From IMG/VR virus record IMGVR_UViG_2565956731_000005, positions 1-42,839 of that record: a stretch of DNA of 42,839 bases; one strand, written 5' to 3'. Positions 29,916 to 38,116 of this stretch are shown piece after piece (position 1 is the stretch's first letter; every line of letters begins with the position of its first letter). The position numbers were made by a program, and so were the translations under genes. The notes under the pieces are model-generated. The model saw only the letters and a program-made list of their open reading frames with translations. It was not told where the DNA came from and did no database searches. Source of the stretch: a virus. Lineage: Duplodnaviria; Heunggongvirae; Uroviricota; Caudoviricetes.

Positions 29916-30586
29916 TGATTACCATCCTGACGTTCTTTGAGTCGCTTCCTGGCTGCTGCTATGCGATCAGCAATTGTCACATTCACATTAACATCCAGAC
30001 GTTCTTTGAACGCGTTGACATCAACATGCTTACCAATCAGCTCAAGGTTCTTCACCTTGTCAGGCCATTTAATTTTTTTGAGGATTGTCTCTATCGAATC
30101 CTCGTTCATGTTCATGATGGTCGATGACAGATCAAAGCCACTAAGCGTAGTGCGCCAGATTTTCGGCCACTCGCGGATTGGCTTAAGGCTCCCATCGTCG
30201 TTGAGGATGTCGATCACGTCCATCTGGTCGATCTCCACCAGGCGCATGAGAACGTAATCAGCACTGACGCGCATTCGTTTGTTGCGCTCTTCCATCAGCT
30301 CGGCAATCCGTTTCTGAATGCGTTCATCGCGCATCATGACACTGGCTTTAACTGCCGCTGTATTTGGGGAGAATCCTGCGTTAATCGCAGCCTGAGTCTG
30401 ATTTTCAGGCGTTTTGATGTATGACTGGCAATAAGCCTCCTGCATTGCTGTTAGTGGCTTAAATTGCGTTGATTTGCGTTTATAGGTTTTAGGTTCAGCA
30501 GGCATCATAACCACCGTGGTAATAGTTACCGTTGTGGTAATAGTACCATGCAAAATAAAGCCGCCATAGTTGGCGGCAGTATTCAA
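29912..30586 (-). CDS. Terminase small subunit
   Basis: Terminase_2-like small-subunit features (…MQEAYCQSYIKTPENQTQAAINAGFSPNTAAVKASVMMRDERIQKRI…), directly upstream of and overlapping terL. Start may be the internal Met near 30508. Confidence 0.65.
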   Translation of the reverse strand: MNTAANYGGFILHGTITTTVTITTVVMMPAEPKTYKRKSTQFKPLTAMQEAYCQSYIKTPENQTQAAINAGFSPNTAAVKASVMMRDERIQKRIAELMEERNKRMRVSADYVLMRLVEIDQMDVIDILNDDGSLKPIREWPKIWRTTLSGFDLSSTIMNMNEDSIETILKKIKWPDKVKNLELIGKHVDVNAFKERLDVNVNVTIADRIAAARKRLKERQDGNQ

Positions 30587-30816
30587 AGTCCATCAAATTC
30601 ATCGTAAAAACTCTCGTCAAGATACCCTTCCCATTTACCGCGAATGAAAATTACATCCTCGCCGCAAGGGTGCTGACTGTCGATAACTATATCCCTCCTG
30701 GCGCAACCATACTTATGCATGAGAAATTTAACCTCTTTCGGAAAATTTGCTGAGTTATCTCTCATATCTTCAAGGTCGTAGCGTATTTTTGGCATAACAC
30801 CTTCGTGACATGTCAC
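30583..30816 (-). CDS. Hypothetical protein upstream of terS
   Basis: Track start is a GTG inside the palindrome; an alternative ATG lies at about 30795. Coupled to terS. Confidence 0.4.
   Translation of the reverse strand: MTCHEGVMPKIRYDLEDMRDNSANFPKEVKFLMHKYGCARRDIVIDSQHPCGEDVIFIRGKWEGYLDESFYDEFDGL
30805..30816. repeat. Perfect 12-bp palindrome GTGACATGTCAC (copy 3 of 3)
   Basis: Lies at the junction of genes 30813..31154 and 30583..30816, just upstream of the packaging genes. Confidence 0.9.
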
Positions 30817-31154
30817 ACTATTAATTTCGTTTCATGCCAGCCTTTGGTCACCCAGCATTGCGAGTCACCATTACACGGGCATGAATTCACAGGAACTCTC
30901 TCGCCGCACTTACCGCAACGTTTTCTGCTGATCGATTTTATACGCCCGCGCACGCGTGCATCATCCTGGCGGATCAGTAACGCTATATACTCACCAAATT
31001 CGTAAGGCGCACGCCCGGGGCGACGCGTGGCACAGTTACTCTCCAGCATTTCAATTTCCTGAGCATCAAGCACAATTTCCAGCTTACGCACACCAGATGC
31101 AGCTTGTCTGGCTCTCTGAGCGGCTTTGCGCTCTGCTGCTGATTTAGCCATCAA
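30813..31154 (-). CDS. Basic protein with C-terminal Cys-rich zinc ribbon; candidate regulator
   Basis: N-terminal Lys/Arg/Ala-rich helix; C-terminal CGKCG…CPCNGDSQC. Last gene before the packaging genes. Confidence 0.5.
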   Translation of the reverse strand: MMAKSAAERKAAQRARQAASGVRKLEIVLDAQEIEMLESNCATRRPGRAPYEFGEYIALLIRQDDARVRGRIKSISRKRCGKCGERVPVNSCPCNGDSQCWVTKGWHETKLIV

Positions 31155-31425
31155 TATTCACCTTTATCGCGAACACATTTACCGGTTTATCGCCGAAGTG
31201 CGGATGTGTGATTGTCTTGATTTCATATCCGTCATACGGGACGTCAATTCTGCGGCTGGAATCGTCGCGCTTCGGATATCCCTTTGTGATAATCAGGCGG
31301 TCATACTCCCGGAACATAATTCGCTTATTCCAGTAGTCATTACACAGGCGATACTCTTCCGTTTTCTCCCCGCGAATCATGGCATCGAAGTATTCACCTT
31401 TGACGGCAAGTTGCAGGTTAGCCAC
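31144..31425 (-). CDS. ASCH-domain-like protein
   Basis: LAVKGEYFDAMIRGEKTEEYR resembles ASCH/PUA-like phage proteins. Confidence 0.55.
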   Translation of the reverse strand: MANLQLAVKGEYFDAMIRGEKTEEYRLCNDYWNKRIMFREYDRLIITKGYPKRDDSSRRIDVPYDGYEIKTITHPHFGDKPVNVFAIKVNIDG

Positions 31426-32107
31426 GGTTAACCTCCTGCGGCGGTTCCGGTAGCGGCATCCAATTGATTACATCGCATTCAGGGATGCTGATATCATCAC
31501 CAAGCCACCCTTGACCTTCAGACCAGCATTGCACGTAATACCCGTATTTTGTGTTCACTACGCACCACTGCGCGTCGTTCGGCGTCCGCTCACTACAGCT
31601 TATCCAACTATCCGGAGTTACCGGATAGTTGCCATTTACATCGAAGTTTGGCTCTGCGTCCTGAACCAGGAGGATGTAACCATTCTTGGCTGTATCAAGT
31701 TCTAACGCTTCGGTGACGGTGCCGAAATAGCGATTACCTAAATCAGCATCACAAGTGCTTATATCAATGGAAACTTCCATGCCTTCGATTAATTCTGGCA
31801 AGTTGTAAGTTTGGCTTACAGGTTGGCTACCATGAAGCATGGCGGCGCGGTGACACCAGATAATCCAGCCAAGCGCCATATCCCATGCCATGTATTCTCT
31901 ATCGCCATTTTTTGCCCTACGGCGATCTACAGATTCCCCGAAACGCTTCTCCATAAATAATTCATAGGCTGCTCGTTCATCCGATACTACTGCCAGTGAT
32001 GCCAGAGCAATTTCATAAGCCCGGCGCTCAATATTGTCTCGCACGTCCAGGCTGCCTATGCGTTCTTTGATTTCTTTAATCATTTCTTTGTCGGTTAAAG
32101 TTGTCAT
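31418..32107 (-). CDS. DUF551-like phage protein
   Basis: C-terminal WMPLPEPP motif typical of DUF551-family proteins of lambdoid nin regions (from memory). Confidence 0.55.
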   Translation of the reverse strand: MTTLTDKEMIKEIKERIGSLDVRDNIERRAYEIALASLAVVSDERAAYELFMEKRFGESVDRRRAKNGDREYMAWDMALGWIIWCHRAAMLHGSQPVSQTYNLPELIEGMEVSIDISTCDADLGNRYFGTVTEALELDTAKNGYILLVQDAEPNFDVNGNYPVTPDSWISCSERTPNDAQWCVVNTKYGYYVQCWSEGQGWLGDDISIPECDVINWMPLPEPPQEVNRG

Positions 32108-32619
32108 GCCGCGTTTCCTTCTTTCTTATTAACAATTACACCGTCATATATTTCATTAAGGTGTCCTCTTAGCTCCATGCGCCTTAATGCAGATAACATG
32201 TAATCGCATTCAACCTGCTTATTCCCAGTAAATGGCTTATCGTCAGGATTACCCCAACAGCAATTCCCCTTGGGCCACCCATGTACTTTCCGTACTCTTC
32301 CGTTAACAACGTGAAGTAATCCCCAGCCAGGTGGTAAATCCTCAATTGAAATAATTCCCGGCTCACTAATAAAGAATCGCCAGTCGCCCATTCCAAGAGA
32401 CGGATTTTTACGAAAACGCTTTTTTCTATCTGCCAACAAGTCAGCACGAGAACATTTCGCCTCTATCAGGCATGATGCTGAATTTCTGAATCCCATAGCA
32501 TCTGGCTGTTCTCCGGTACTGGTTACAGCTATAAAGCGGTCATGAAAACAAACCTTGAACCCGTTGCGCTTAAGGAACTTGTACGCAATCTGACAGAGTT
32601 CGCGGTGTGTTAACGCCAT
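32104..32619 (-). CDS. Putative PD-(D/E)xK nuclease (MmcB-like)
   Basis: Start reassigned to the internal ATG with a strong RBS AAAGGAG (track ORF runs to 32781); motif PDAMGF…LIEAKCS fits PD-(D/E)xK. Confidence 0.5.
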   Translation of the reverse strand: MALTHRELCQIAYKFLKRNGFKVCFHDRFIAVTSTGEQPDAMGFRNSASCLIEAKCSRADLLADRKKRFRKNPSLGMGDWRFFISEPGIISIEDLPPGWGLLHVVNGRVRKVHGWPKGNCCWGNPDDKPFTGNKQVECDYMLSALRRMELRGHLNEIYDGVIVNKKEGNAA

Positions 32620-32620
32620 A

Positions 32621-33187
32621 TCACTCTCCTTTGATGCGAATGCCAGCAGCGCGCTCGGCTTCACTTTGTTCCCAAAACCACTTGTGAAGCTCCATAAGCT
32701 TTTCGTCAATCGGTGCATATTTGCGATTAAAGTAGGCCTGAGCATCTTTCTCAGATTCGTCCGGTAATTCGCCAGGGCCAAACAGTGTGTTATAAATCCA
32801 TGCCAGTCCGCTCTTAGCGTCGCCAGTTGCCTGCCATTCGATAATGGCAGCCTGCATGACCAGAATGTTTTTCCCGATTAACAGGTCCAGTTCTTTGAAC
32901 CGGTTGCGGATGTATGCATTCTCGCTTTGTAATTTTGCGTTGCGCTTCTCTGCGGCTTCCAGCTCAACACGCAGCTTCCCTACCGTTAGCGCAATTTCCT
33001 CGTTCTCCTGGTCACGGCGTTTGATGTATTGCTTGTTTCTTTCCCGTTCATCCAGCAGTTCCAGCACGGTTTCTGGTCCGGTCAGAAATTTGAAGGCGTT
33101 GAGCGCATCAATATCCACACCGTAATCTTTAAGTTCCTGTTCACTTAACAAATCATCATCAGCTGGCAACATTAACAGGCGTTCCAT
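32621..33187 (-). CDS. Hypothetical coiled-coil protein
   Basis: Track ORF 32621..33436 overlaps the Lar gene in another frame; the likely start is the internal Met near 33187. Start uncertain. Confidence 0.45.
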   Translation of the reverse strand: MERLLMLPADDDLLSEQELKDYGVDIDALNAFKFLTGPETVLELLDERERNKQYIKRRDQENEEIALTVGKLRVELEAAEKRNAKLQSENAYIRNRFKELDLLIGKNILVMQAAIIEWQATGDAKSGLAWIYNTLFGPGELPDESEKDAQAYFNRKYAPIDEKLMELHKWFWEQSEAERAAGIRIKGE

Positions 33188-33230
33188 TGCTGGAATTGCA
33201 CGTTCCGCCACCTCACGCAGTTCCTGGTAA

Positions 33231-33464
33231 TTAATTTCGCTCACTGGTTGCCTCCTTTGCTCGCTGATTCCACTCGGCTCTAACCTCTGAATAAAAAATC
33301 GCGCAGTCATTTCCAGGCGCTGCATATTTGCTACCAGATTGAGCGCGACACGTACCGCATCGAACGAAATAGAATCGACCGCCAGAGCCATATTCAGGGT
33401 GATCTGCTTCGCTGGCAACGTGCGCTGCACCGCCACAGAATGGACATGGTAGTAGGTTGCTCAT
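33231..33464 (-). CDS. Lar-family restriction alleviation protein (zinc ribbon)
   Basis: LLPCPFCGG…VRCGTCRA…EWNQR pattern of Lar-like proteins; ATG overlaps the stop of the upstream gene. Confidence 0.6.
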   Translation of the reverse strand: MSNLLPCPFCGGAAHVASEADHPEYGSGGRFYFVRCGTCRAQSGSKYAAPGNDCAIFYSEVRAEWNQRAKEATSERN

Positions 33465-34051
33465 GAATGCACTCCCTTGTGAAGCTGTTCCGCACAATGC
33501 AGCAGGGCGTCAGTCGCCTCTTTCACCGTAACGCAGTCGCCATCGTCCAGCCCGGACACCGACGCGTGCTTAACGAACGCCGCGCAAAGGTCATCAAACG
33601 CCTTAGCCCGGACTTCAGCCAGGAAAGCATCGGTGGCTGGGGTGTCTGATTGCATAGACTTTGCGCGATAGTCATTCCACCCTCTTGCATACATGGGATT
33701 AACTTGCACTCCATCTTTTACGCAATATGCCTGCCCTCCACGGTTGATAACCTTGATTTCGTCCATAGCGCCAGACTTCAGCCCCGCATTCTCCGCCGCC
33801 AGCGCCGAAAACTTCTCGTGTGCCAACTTAACAGCCGCATCAGCCTGCTTAATTGACTCAATCGCGCTCTGGTGGTCTTCGGCCAGCGCATTAGCACGCA
33901 CCAGTTGCACTTCCAGTTGCACTTCCAGTTGCGTTGCCAAATCGCTGATCAGCTTTGCCACACTGCGCATATCAACGGCACCACATTCAGCTTTCAGTTC
34001 CGAAGCCATCTCATGCCCGGCGGCAACTAACCCTTTGATATTACTTTCCAT
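33461..34051 (-). CDS. Hypothetical protein with in-frame tandem repeat
   Basis: 196-aa ORF; contains LEVQLEVQL encoded by 2.6 copies of a 12-bp tandem repeat at 33902..33933. Confidence 0.5.
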   Translation of the reverse strand: MESNIKGLVAAGHEMASELKAECGAVDMRSVAKLISDLATQLEVQLEVQLVRANALAEDHQSAIESIKQADAAVKLAHEKFSALAAENAGLKSGAMDEIKVINRGGQAYCVKDGVQVNPMYARGWNDYRAKSMQSDTPATDAFLAEVRAKAFDDLCAAFVKHASVSGLDDGDCVTVKEATDALLHCAEQLHKGVHS

Positions 34052-34112
34052 CTTTACCCTCGTTTATCCACATAACTTATTGATTACATTGATAACTAAA
34101 AAGATCGTCGAT

Positions 34113-34457
34113 TCAGAACTCTTCGATGTTCCAGCCACCACCTGCTTTCTTTGGTTTAACCGTTACCCCGATGATTCGGAACGGATATTGATCTGCGGCG
34201 ACTTTGGTTTTCACCCTGGCGTCGTCGGTCCAGAAACCTTTCACTTCGTGCAGTTCCATCTCGCCGGTGGCGAGCATCACAGCAAAATCGGGCGTATAGA
34301 ACGTGTTGTCAGCTAACCGCAGCTTGATACCCTCGAATCGATACCAGGCGATTTCCCCTGCACGTTTACGCTGCTCAAGGTGCTGGCAATACGCAGATTC
34401 TGTTTTGTTCATCTGGCCTGTTTTGAGTCGACCAAGAGCCTGTATCTGTTTTCTCAT
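34113..34457 (-). CDS. Small putative PD-(D/E)xK endonuclease
   Basis: Motif YTPDF…ELHEVKG fits the PD-(E)xK fold; RBS GAGG upstream. Confidence 0.45.
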   Translation of the reverse strand: MRKQIQALGRLKTGQMNKTESAYCQHLEQRKRAGEIAWYRFEGIKLRLADNTFYTPDFAVMLATGEMELHEVKGFWTDDARVKTKVAADQYPFRIIGVTVKPKKAGGGWNIEEF

Positions 34458-34459
34458 GA

Positions 34460-34476
34460 TTTACCTCTGAGGTAAT
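34460..34476. promoter_or_regulatory. Operator-like palindrome TTTACCTCTGAGGTAAT
   Basis: Motif copy immediately upstream of gene 34113..34457; overlaps its RBS on the minus strand. Confidence 0.5.
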
Positions 34477-34521
34477 TAAAAACCACATAAGACACGAAAT
34501 CAATAGATTTTAGAATATTTT

Positions 34522-34538
34522 ATTACCCAGCAGGTAAT
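34522..34538. promoter_or_regulatory. 17-bp palindromic operator ATTACCCAGCAGGTAAT
   Basis: Perfect inverted repeat, 45 bp from the previous site, in the intergenic region after the P-like gene. Confidence 0.6.
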
Positions 34539-34574
34539 CATCGAGACGTAAAAAAATGCGCTATCGCGCTGGTA

Positions 34575-35375
34575 TTACTTGATAAATCCTGCCGCCTTTC
34601 CCCGCCTGTATTCCTCCATCAGCCACTGCGCCGGTGTTATTCCCCCAAGGGTGGCAGCGTTAGGCATGCACCCGAAACTTCGTCCTGGTGGATGGTAAAC
34701 GTCTCTCCCTGTGTCCGGAGGCGTACTCATGGGCTCTGGCTTTGCCTGTATGCTGATCACCGGATCGGGTATCTGCTGTCCGGAAGCCACCTTTTTCGCC
34801 CAATCATCGAGCAGCCTGCGTGCGTGTTTCTCAACCTCAATCTCGCTAAGCTGGCGCTGATACATTGCACGGCGGGTATCACATACGACCCAGTACATAA
34901 CCGGATGTCGCCACGGGAATCTTTCGGGACCACCAGGATATAAACTTTTTTCCTTGCTGTACCGGTGAAACTCCGCCATCACATCGTCAATGGTGACGCC
35001 AAGAACCATCTTGCTGTCTTTGCACCACTTGATAAATTGCCCTGGAGACGGCCAGAACGGAGATTCACTGGCGCGGGCGTGGCGCATACCAGCAGAAACC
35101 TGTTCACGGGTTCGGATCCCCCCTTCGGCAAACGCAGCAATCCACTGCTGTTTTGCAGCAACTTCCTGCTCTGGCGTCTTCAGGTTGGTTACCACTGCCG
35201 CCGGAAACAGTTGTTTCAGCTGTTTAAAAAGGGCATCAACAAGCCTCTCTGCTGACATGTTCACCACATTGTCATTGTTGACGTACTGATGCTCATAACC
35301 TGACATGCGAGAAAGGGCTTCTCCGTCACGGTTTTGTATCGCGGTAAAAACGTTGTTCACAAGAAATCCTTCCAT
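34575..35375 (-). CDS. Replication protein P-like (DnaB helicase loader)
   Basis: N-terminal region aligns with lambda P as recalled (…EQVSAGMRHARASESPFWPSPGQFIKWC… versus lambda …EQVNAGMRVARRQNRPFLPSPGQFVAWC…). Confidence 0.8.
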   Translation of the reverse strand: MEGFLVNNVFTAIQNRDGEALSRMSGYEHQYVNNDNVVNMSAERLVDALFKQLKQLFPAAVVTNLKTPEQEVAAKQQWIAAFAEGGIRTREQVSAGMRHARASESPFWPSPGQFIKWCKDSKMVLGVTIDDVMAEFHRYSKEKSLYPGGPERFPWRHPVMYWVVCDTRRAMYQRQLSEIEVEKHARRLLDDWAKKVASGQQIPDPVISIQAKPEPMSTPPDTGRDVYHPPGRSFGCMPNAATLGGITPAQWLMEEYRRGKAAGFIK

Positions 35376-36172
35376 GCTTCAGGGCTGTTCCAGTGCGGAA
35401 CGTTGTTATCAGGTAATGTTGATTGCTTCTGTCTGCTAATCTGCAGCCGCCTTGCCAGCTTCTGCTCCCACTGTGCCTGATGGTATGCCTTACCCTCAGC
35501 CATCCAGTAAATTCTGAACTCTACAAGTTCCTGTGCCGTTGGCAGACTGTCCAGGTAGATCCCCTGCAATGAGCTTTTCCGAAGAAAGTCATCTGATGGC
35601 TGCCATTGTTCATGCATGACAAATTTGCCTAATTGCCCTGGCCCACCAGGAGGAACAAAGTTATTCATCACGGCGTTGTTTGCGCCGGGGTCATGAGGCA
35701 CAGAATCCCCGCTTTTTGTCCTGCTCTCCCTCTCTTGGTTAAATGACTGGTTATATGACTGGTTCTGGATCCCGTTTTTGGGATCATTCAACATCCCGTT
35801 TTTGGGATCATTCAACATCCCGTTTTTGGGTATATTCCCGTTTTCGGGAACATTACCGTTTTCGGGTTCATTGCCCCCCTCCCGGTTGCCTTTAATGTTC
35901 CCGTTTTTGGTTATATTAAGAGAGAAAACCCGCACTCTTTTTGTCGCTCCCTTTCTCTCTCCGGTATCTGAAATAAGCCCCATTTTCATGAGCGATATAA
36001 GCCCGGCCTGCACGGTTTTTTTATTCAGGCAAGTGTCTTTAACGAGGCGTTCTATGCTGGGGTAGCAGAGGTTATATTCATCGGCTCTGTCAGCCATCGA
36101 GAGCAGTATGAGCTTTAATGATGAGCTACCTGGATCTGTCTCCCAGGCCCAATCTGTTGCATGTCTGCTCAT
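35357..36172 (-). CDS. Replication initiator (O-like) with ori iterons inside the coding sequence
   Basis: N-terminal DNA-binding-like domain; central repeats (PENGNVPENGNIPKNGMLNDPKNGMLNDPKNG) are encoded by the iteron array, as the lambda origin lies inside O. Confidence 0.7.
   Translation of the reverse strand: MSRHATDWAWETDPGSSSLKLILLSMADRADEYNLCYPSIERLVKDTCLNKKTVQAGLISLMKMGLISDTGERKGATKRVRVFSLNITKNGNIKGNREGGNEPENGNVPENGNIPKNGMLNDPKNGMLNDPKNGIQNQSYNQSFNQERESRTKSGDSVPHDPGANNAVMNNFVPPGGPGQLGKFVMHEQWQPSDDFLRKSSLQGIYLDSLPTAQELVEFRIYWMAEGKAYHQAQWEQKLARRLQISRQKQSTLPDNNVPHWNSPEAWKDFL
35769..35917. repeat. Replication-origin iteron array
   Basis: Two perfect 24-bp direct repeats ATCCCGTTTTTGGGATCATTCAAC (35769..35792 and 35793..35816) plus at least four degenerate copies of CCCGTTTT(T/C)GGG, followed by an A+T-rich stretch. 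Confidence 0.8.
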
Positions 36173-36187
36173 GATTAATCTCCGCTA

Positions 36188-36388
36188 TCAGCTTGAGTGT
36201 TGTGGGGAGGAATTAATCATGATCTGCTTAATCTCTGCCCTTATGCGACGGTTTGATTCCATGGTGCACTCAACACAGTGTCCGTTGTAAACCCAGCGTT
36301 CACTGTCATGTCCATGCTTACATGGTTTTCCGGTGTAGTAGCGTTTAAGTCCGCGCTTTGCGGCATCAATACGTGTAATGATTTCCAT
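36188..36388 (-). CDS. Small Cys/His-rich protein at the cII position
   Basis: Likely start is the ATG at about 36388 (track ORF runs to 36451). Contains GKPCKHGH…NGHCVEC, a putative zinc finger; sits between the Cro-like and O-like genes. Confidence 0.4.
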   Translation of the reverse strand: MEIITRIDAAKRGLKRYYTGKPCKHGHDSERWVYNGHCVECTMESNRRIRAEIKQIMINSSPQHSS

Positions 36389-36466
36389 GGTAAGCCCTGT
36401 TATTAGTATTGGGATTACGGTCATTTTGTGCTGACACAAAAAAAAGATCAACCAGATTTGGTTTTT

Positions 36467-36483
36467 TATTACCTTTGAGGTAC
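36467..36483. promoter_or_regulatory. Operator-like site ATTACCTTTGAGGTACG (degenerate right half)
   Basis: Motif copy between the cII-position gene and the terminator after the Cro-like gene. Confidence 0.4.
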
Positions 36484-36490
36484 GAATAGA

Positions 36491-36515
36491 TATGAAAAGA
36501 CCGCCGGGTGGCGGT
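36491..36515 (-). terminator. Rho-independent terminator downstream of the Cro-like gene (tR1-like)
   Basis: On the minus strand: GACCGCC-ACCC-GGCGGTC followed by TTTTCAT, 24 bp after the Cro-like stop. Confidence 0.6.
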
Positions 36516-36538
36516 CTACAGAGGGTTGTGGCTGAATA

Positions 36539-36769
36539 TCATGAGTAGAAGAAGTATGCCAGTTCTGCTTTTGAGCGCAGCCATTGTCTTGATTTACAGG
36601 CTTTAAAAAGCCCATCCATCAATACCTTACCTGGCATTTTGCGCTTACCTGTTAAGTGAGTCTGGATATAGTGACTCGTCGTTCCGGCTTCCTGTGCGAA
36701 GGCTTCACGCTCATCCGGAGTAAGTGCAAGCCAGTGCTTTTTGAAATCGAAATGTCCGTTATCGCTCAT
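36539..36769 (-). CDS. Cro-like HTH regulator
   Basis: 76 aa with an HTH-like segment (EAFAQEAGTTSHYIQTHLTGKRK); divergent from the repressor gene, with operators between them. Confidence 0.55.
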   Translation of the reverse strand: MSDNGHFDFKKHWLALTPDEREAFAQEAGTTSHYIQTHLTGKRKMPGKVLMDGLFKACKSRQWLRSKAELAYFFYS

Positions 36770-36804
36770 AGCTATTGCCTGATATTTATTTCAGATAATA
36801 AATA

Positions 36805-36869
36805 TTCACCTATAAGGTAACAAAAATCAAGGATAGTTACCCATGAGGTGCATTTACCTGTTGGGTAAT
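36805..36869. promoter_or_regulatory. Immunity-region operator cluster
   Basis: Motif copies TTCACCTATAAGGTAAC (36805..36821), a weak GTTACCCATGAGGTGCA (36836..36852) and TTTACCTGTTGGGTAAT (36853..36869) in the 154-bp divergent region between the Cro-like and repressor genes, reminiscent of a three-site OR arrangement. Confidence 0.55.
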
Positions 36870-36923
36870 ATTGCTTTAAATTGAATCATCTTCTGATTCA
36901 GATATGAGGCGATTTTCCAGAAA

Positions 36924-37508
36924 ATGAAAAGTATCCAGGACGTCCGCAGGCAAAATCTCAACGACTTGATCGACCGTGAATTCAATGGTGTTCAGACGCG
37001 GATGGCTGAAAAACTTGGAACTCAGGCAAATCTGGTAAACCGCTGGGCTCTTGGCAAGAAGGTTATCGGCGACCAGGTTGCACGAAAAATTGAAGCTGCC
37101 GCCAATAAACCCCGTAACTGGCTTGATATCGATCGCTCGCTTTCTCAGGAAGGTTTTCAGCCTGTCGGCCCAAGCGACATTGGCCAGCTGGCGGCTCACA
37201 ACCTGGAACGCTGGATGAGCGAAAGCCGCGACCTTTCAACACAGGGAAAACTTCACCGCGCATCCGGCGTAGCCCAGGTGACAATCAGCCGCCTGTTAAA
37301 CAATGAGGTCAGCGTTTCCATTTCCACCCTGGAGAATGTTGCATCCGCATTCGGGCGTCACGGCTATGAATTACTGATTCACCCGCACGACCCTGCGACC
37401 ATCAACTATGACCGCTCGCGCTACGCATTGTTACCCGAAACCGAGAAAGCAAAGATCGAAAGTTACATTGAATTTGTCATCAACCAGAACGAAAAAAACA
37501 AACAATAA
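36924..37508 (+). CDS. Prophage repressor, tandem HTH (XRE-type), no S24 peptidase domain
   Basis: Two HTH-like segments (QTRMAEKLGTQANLVNRWALGKK and LHRASGVAQVTISRLLNN); C-terminus shows no Ser/Lys autocleavage motif; divergent from the Cro-like gene; followed by a terminator. Confidence 0.7.
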   Translation: MKSIQDVRRQNLNDLIDREFNGVQTRMAEKLGTQANLVNRWALGKKVIGDQVARKIEAAANKPRNWLDIDRSLSQEGFQPVGPSDIGQLAAHNLERWMSESRDLSTQGKLHRASGVAQVTISRLLNNEVSVSISTLENVASAFGRHGYELLIHPHDPATINYDRSRYALLPETEKAKIESYIEFVINQNEKNKQ

Positions 37509-37530
37509 AATCATACTTTTCAGTAAGTAA

Positions 37531-37552
37531 GCCGCCTTCTGGCGGCTTTTTT
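37531..37552 (+). terminator. Rho-independent terminator after the repressor gene
   Basis: GCCGCC-TTCT-GGCGGC followed by TTTTTT. Confidence 0.75.
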
Positions 37553-37564
37553 ATTGCCTATACT

Positions 37565-37643
37565 ATTACCTAATGGGTAATTTTTTTAACTCATATCTAT
37601 TGACATCAAACCAAATACGCATAATTATTACCTCAACGGTAAC
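37565..37643 (+). promoter_or_regulatory. Rightward early promoter (TTGACA at 37600..37605) flanked by two operators
   Basis: ATTACCTAATGGGTAAT (37565..37581, perfect) upstream of the -35 hexamer and ATTACCTCAACGGTAAC (37627..37643) over the -10/+1 region; drives the recombination operon. Confidence 0.55.
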
Positions 37644-37661
37644 AGACCGAGGTAACAAGTT

Positions 37662-37814
37662 ATGCAGTGGAAAATCATCAACGGTTGGTACTGCGTTACT
37701 GCATGCGGATTCATGAGCTGGAAGTTCCGCACCTTACAGGAAGGCATTAAGTGGGCTTTCGTCAGCAAAGAAGCTCGCGATGTGGCCAACGATAACGAGA
37801 TATGGGAGGGCTGA
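37662..37814 (+). CDS. Small protein (50 aa), first gene of the rightward early operon
   Basis: Below the ORF-track cutoff. RBS GAGG upstream; MQWKIINGWYCVTACGF…; function unknown. Confidence 0.3.
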   Translation: MQWKIINGWYCVTACGFMSWKFRTLQEGIKWAFVSKEARDVANDNEIWEG

Positions 37815-37816
37815 TA

Positions 37817-38116
37817 ATGAACGTTAATCAGCAGAAAAATCTTCAAAAAATCATGCTGGCATTCGACAAGGACTACCGCCTGTCAGAACAGCTATATGAC
37901 CGACAAGTTGAACTGATTGAGAGTATCCGGCTTCATCAACTGGCATCAACTTTCGACGTTGTAACAGTTAAAGGCGTTCGCCAGGAAGTACTGGAGGCCG
38001 CTAAAGACAGCCCTGAGTTCGAAGAACTAATGGATGCCTACCGGCGCGAGGCAATGGCAATTATAGCGCGCTGGGATCTGGCGGATCAGCTTGATGGGCA
38101 GAGGGACGCGGCATGA
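37817..38116 (+). CDS. Hypothetical early protein
   Basis: RBS GGGAGGG 6 nt upstream of the ATG at 37817 (track start 37802); stop overlaps the exonuclease start. Confidence 0.5.
   Translation: MNVNQQKNLQKIMLAFDKDYRLSEQLYDRQVELIESIRLHQLASTFDVVTVKGVRQEVLEAAKDSPEFEELMDAYRREAMAIIARWDLADQLDGQRDAA

Noticed and set aside
30805-31005. ORF 30805..31005 (+) and the MTCH start of the track ORF 30583..30816.
   Set aside because: Both start at GTG codons created by the palindrome GTGACATGTCAC reading the same on both strands; the plus-strand ORF is antisense to coupled minus-strand genes.
34064-34072. Perfect DnaA box TTATCCACA between genes 33461..34051 and 34113..34457.
   Set aside because: It is a single 9-mer with no clustered partner boxes and no adjacent AT-rich unwinding element; chance occurrence is plausible, and the real origin signal is the iteron array in the O-like gene.
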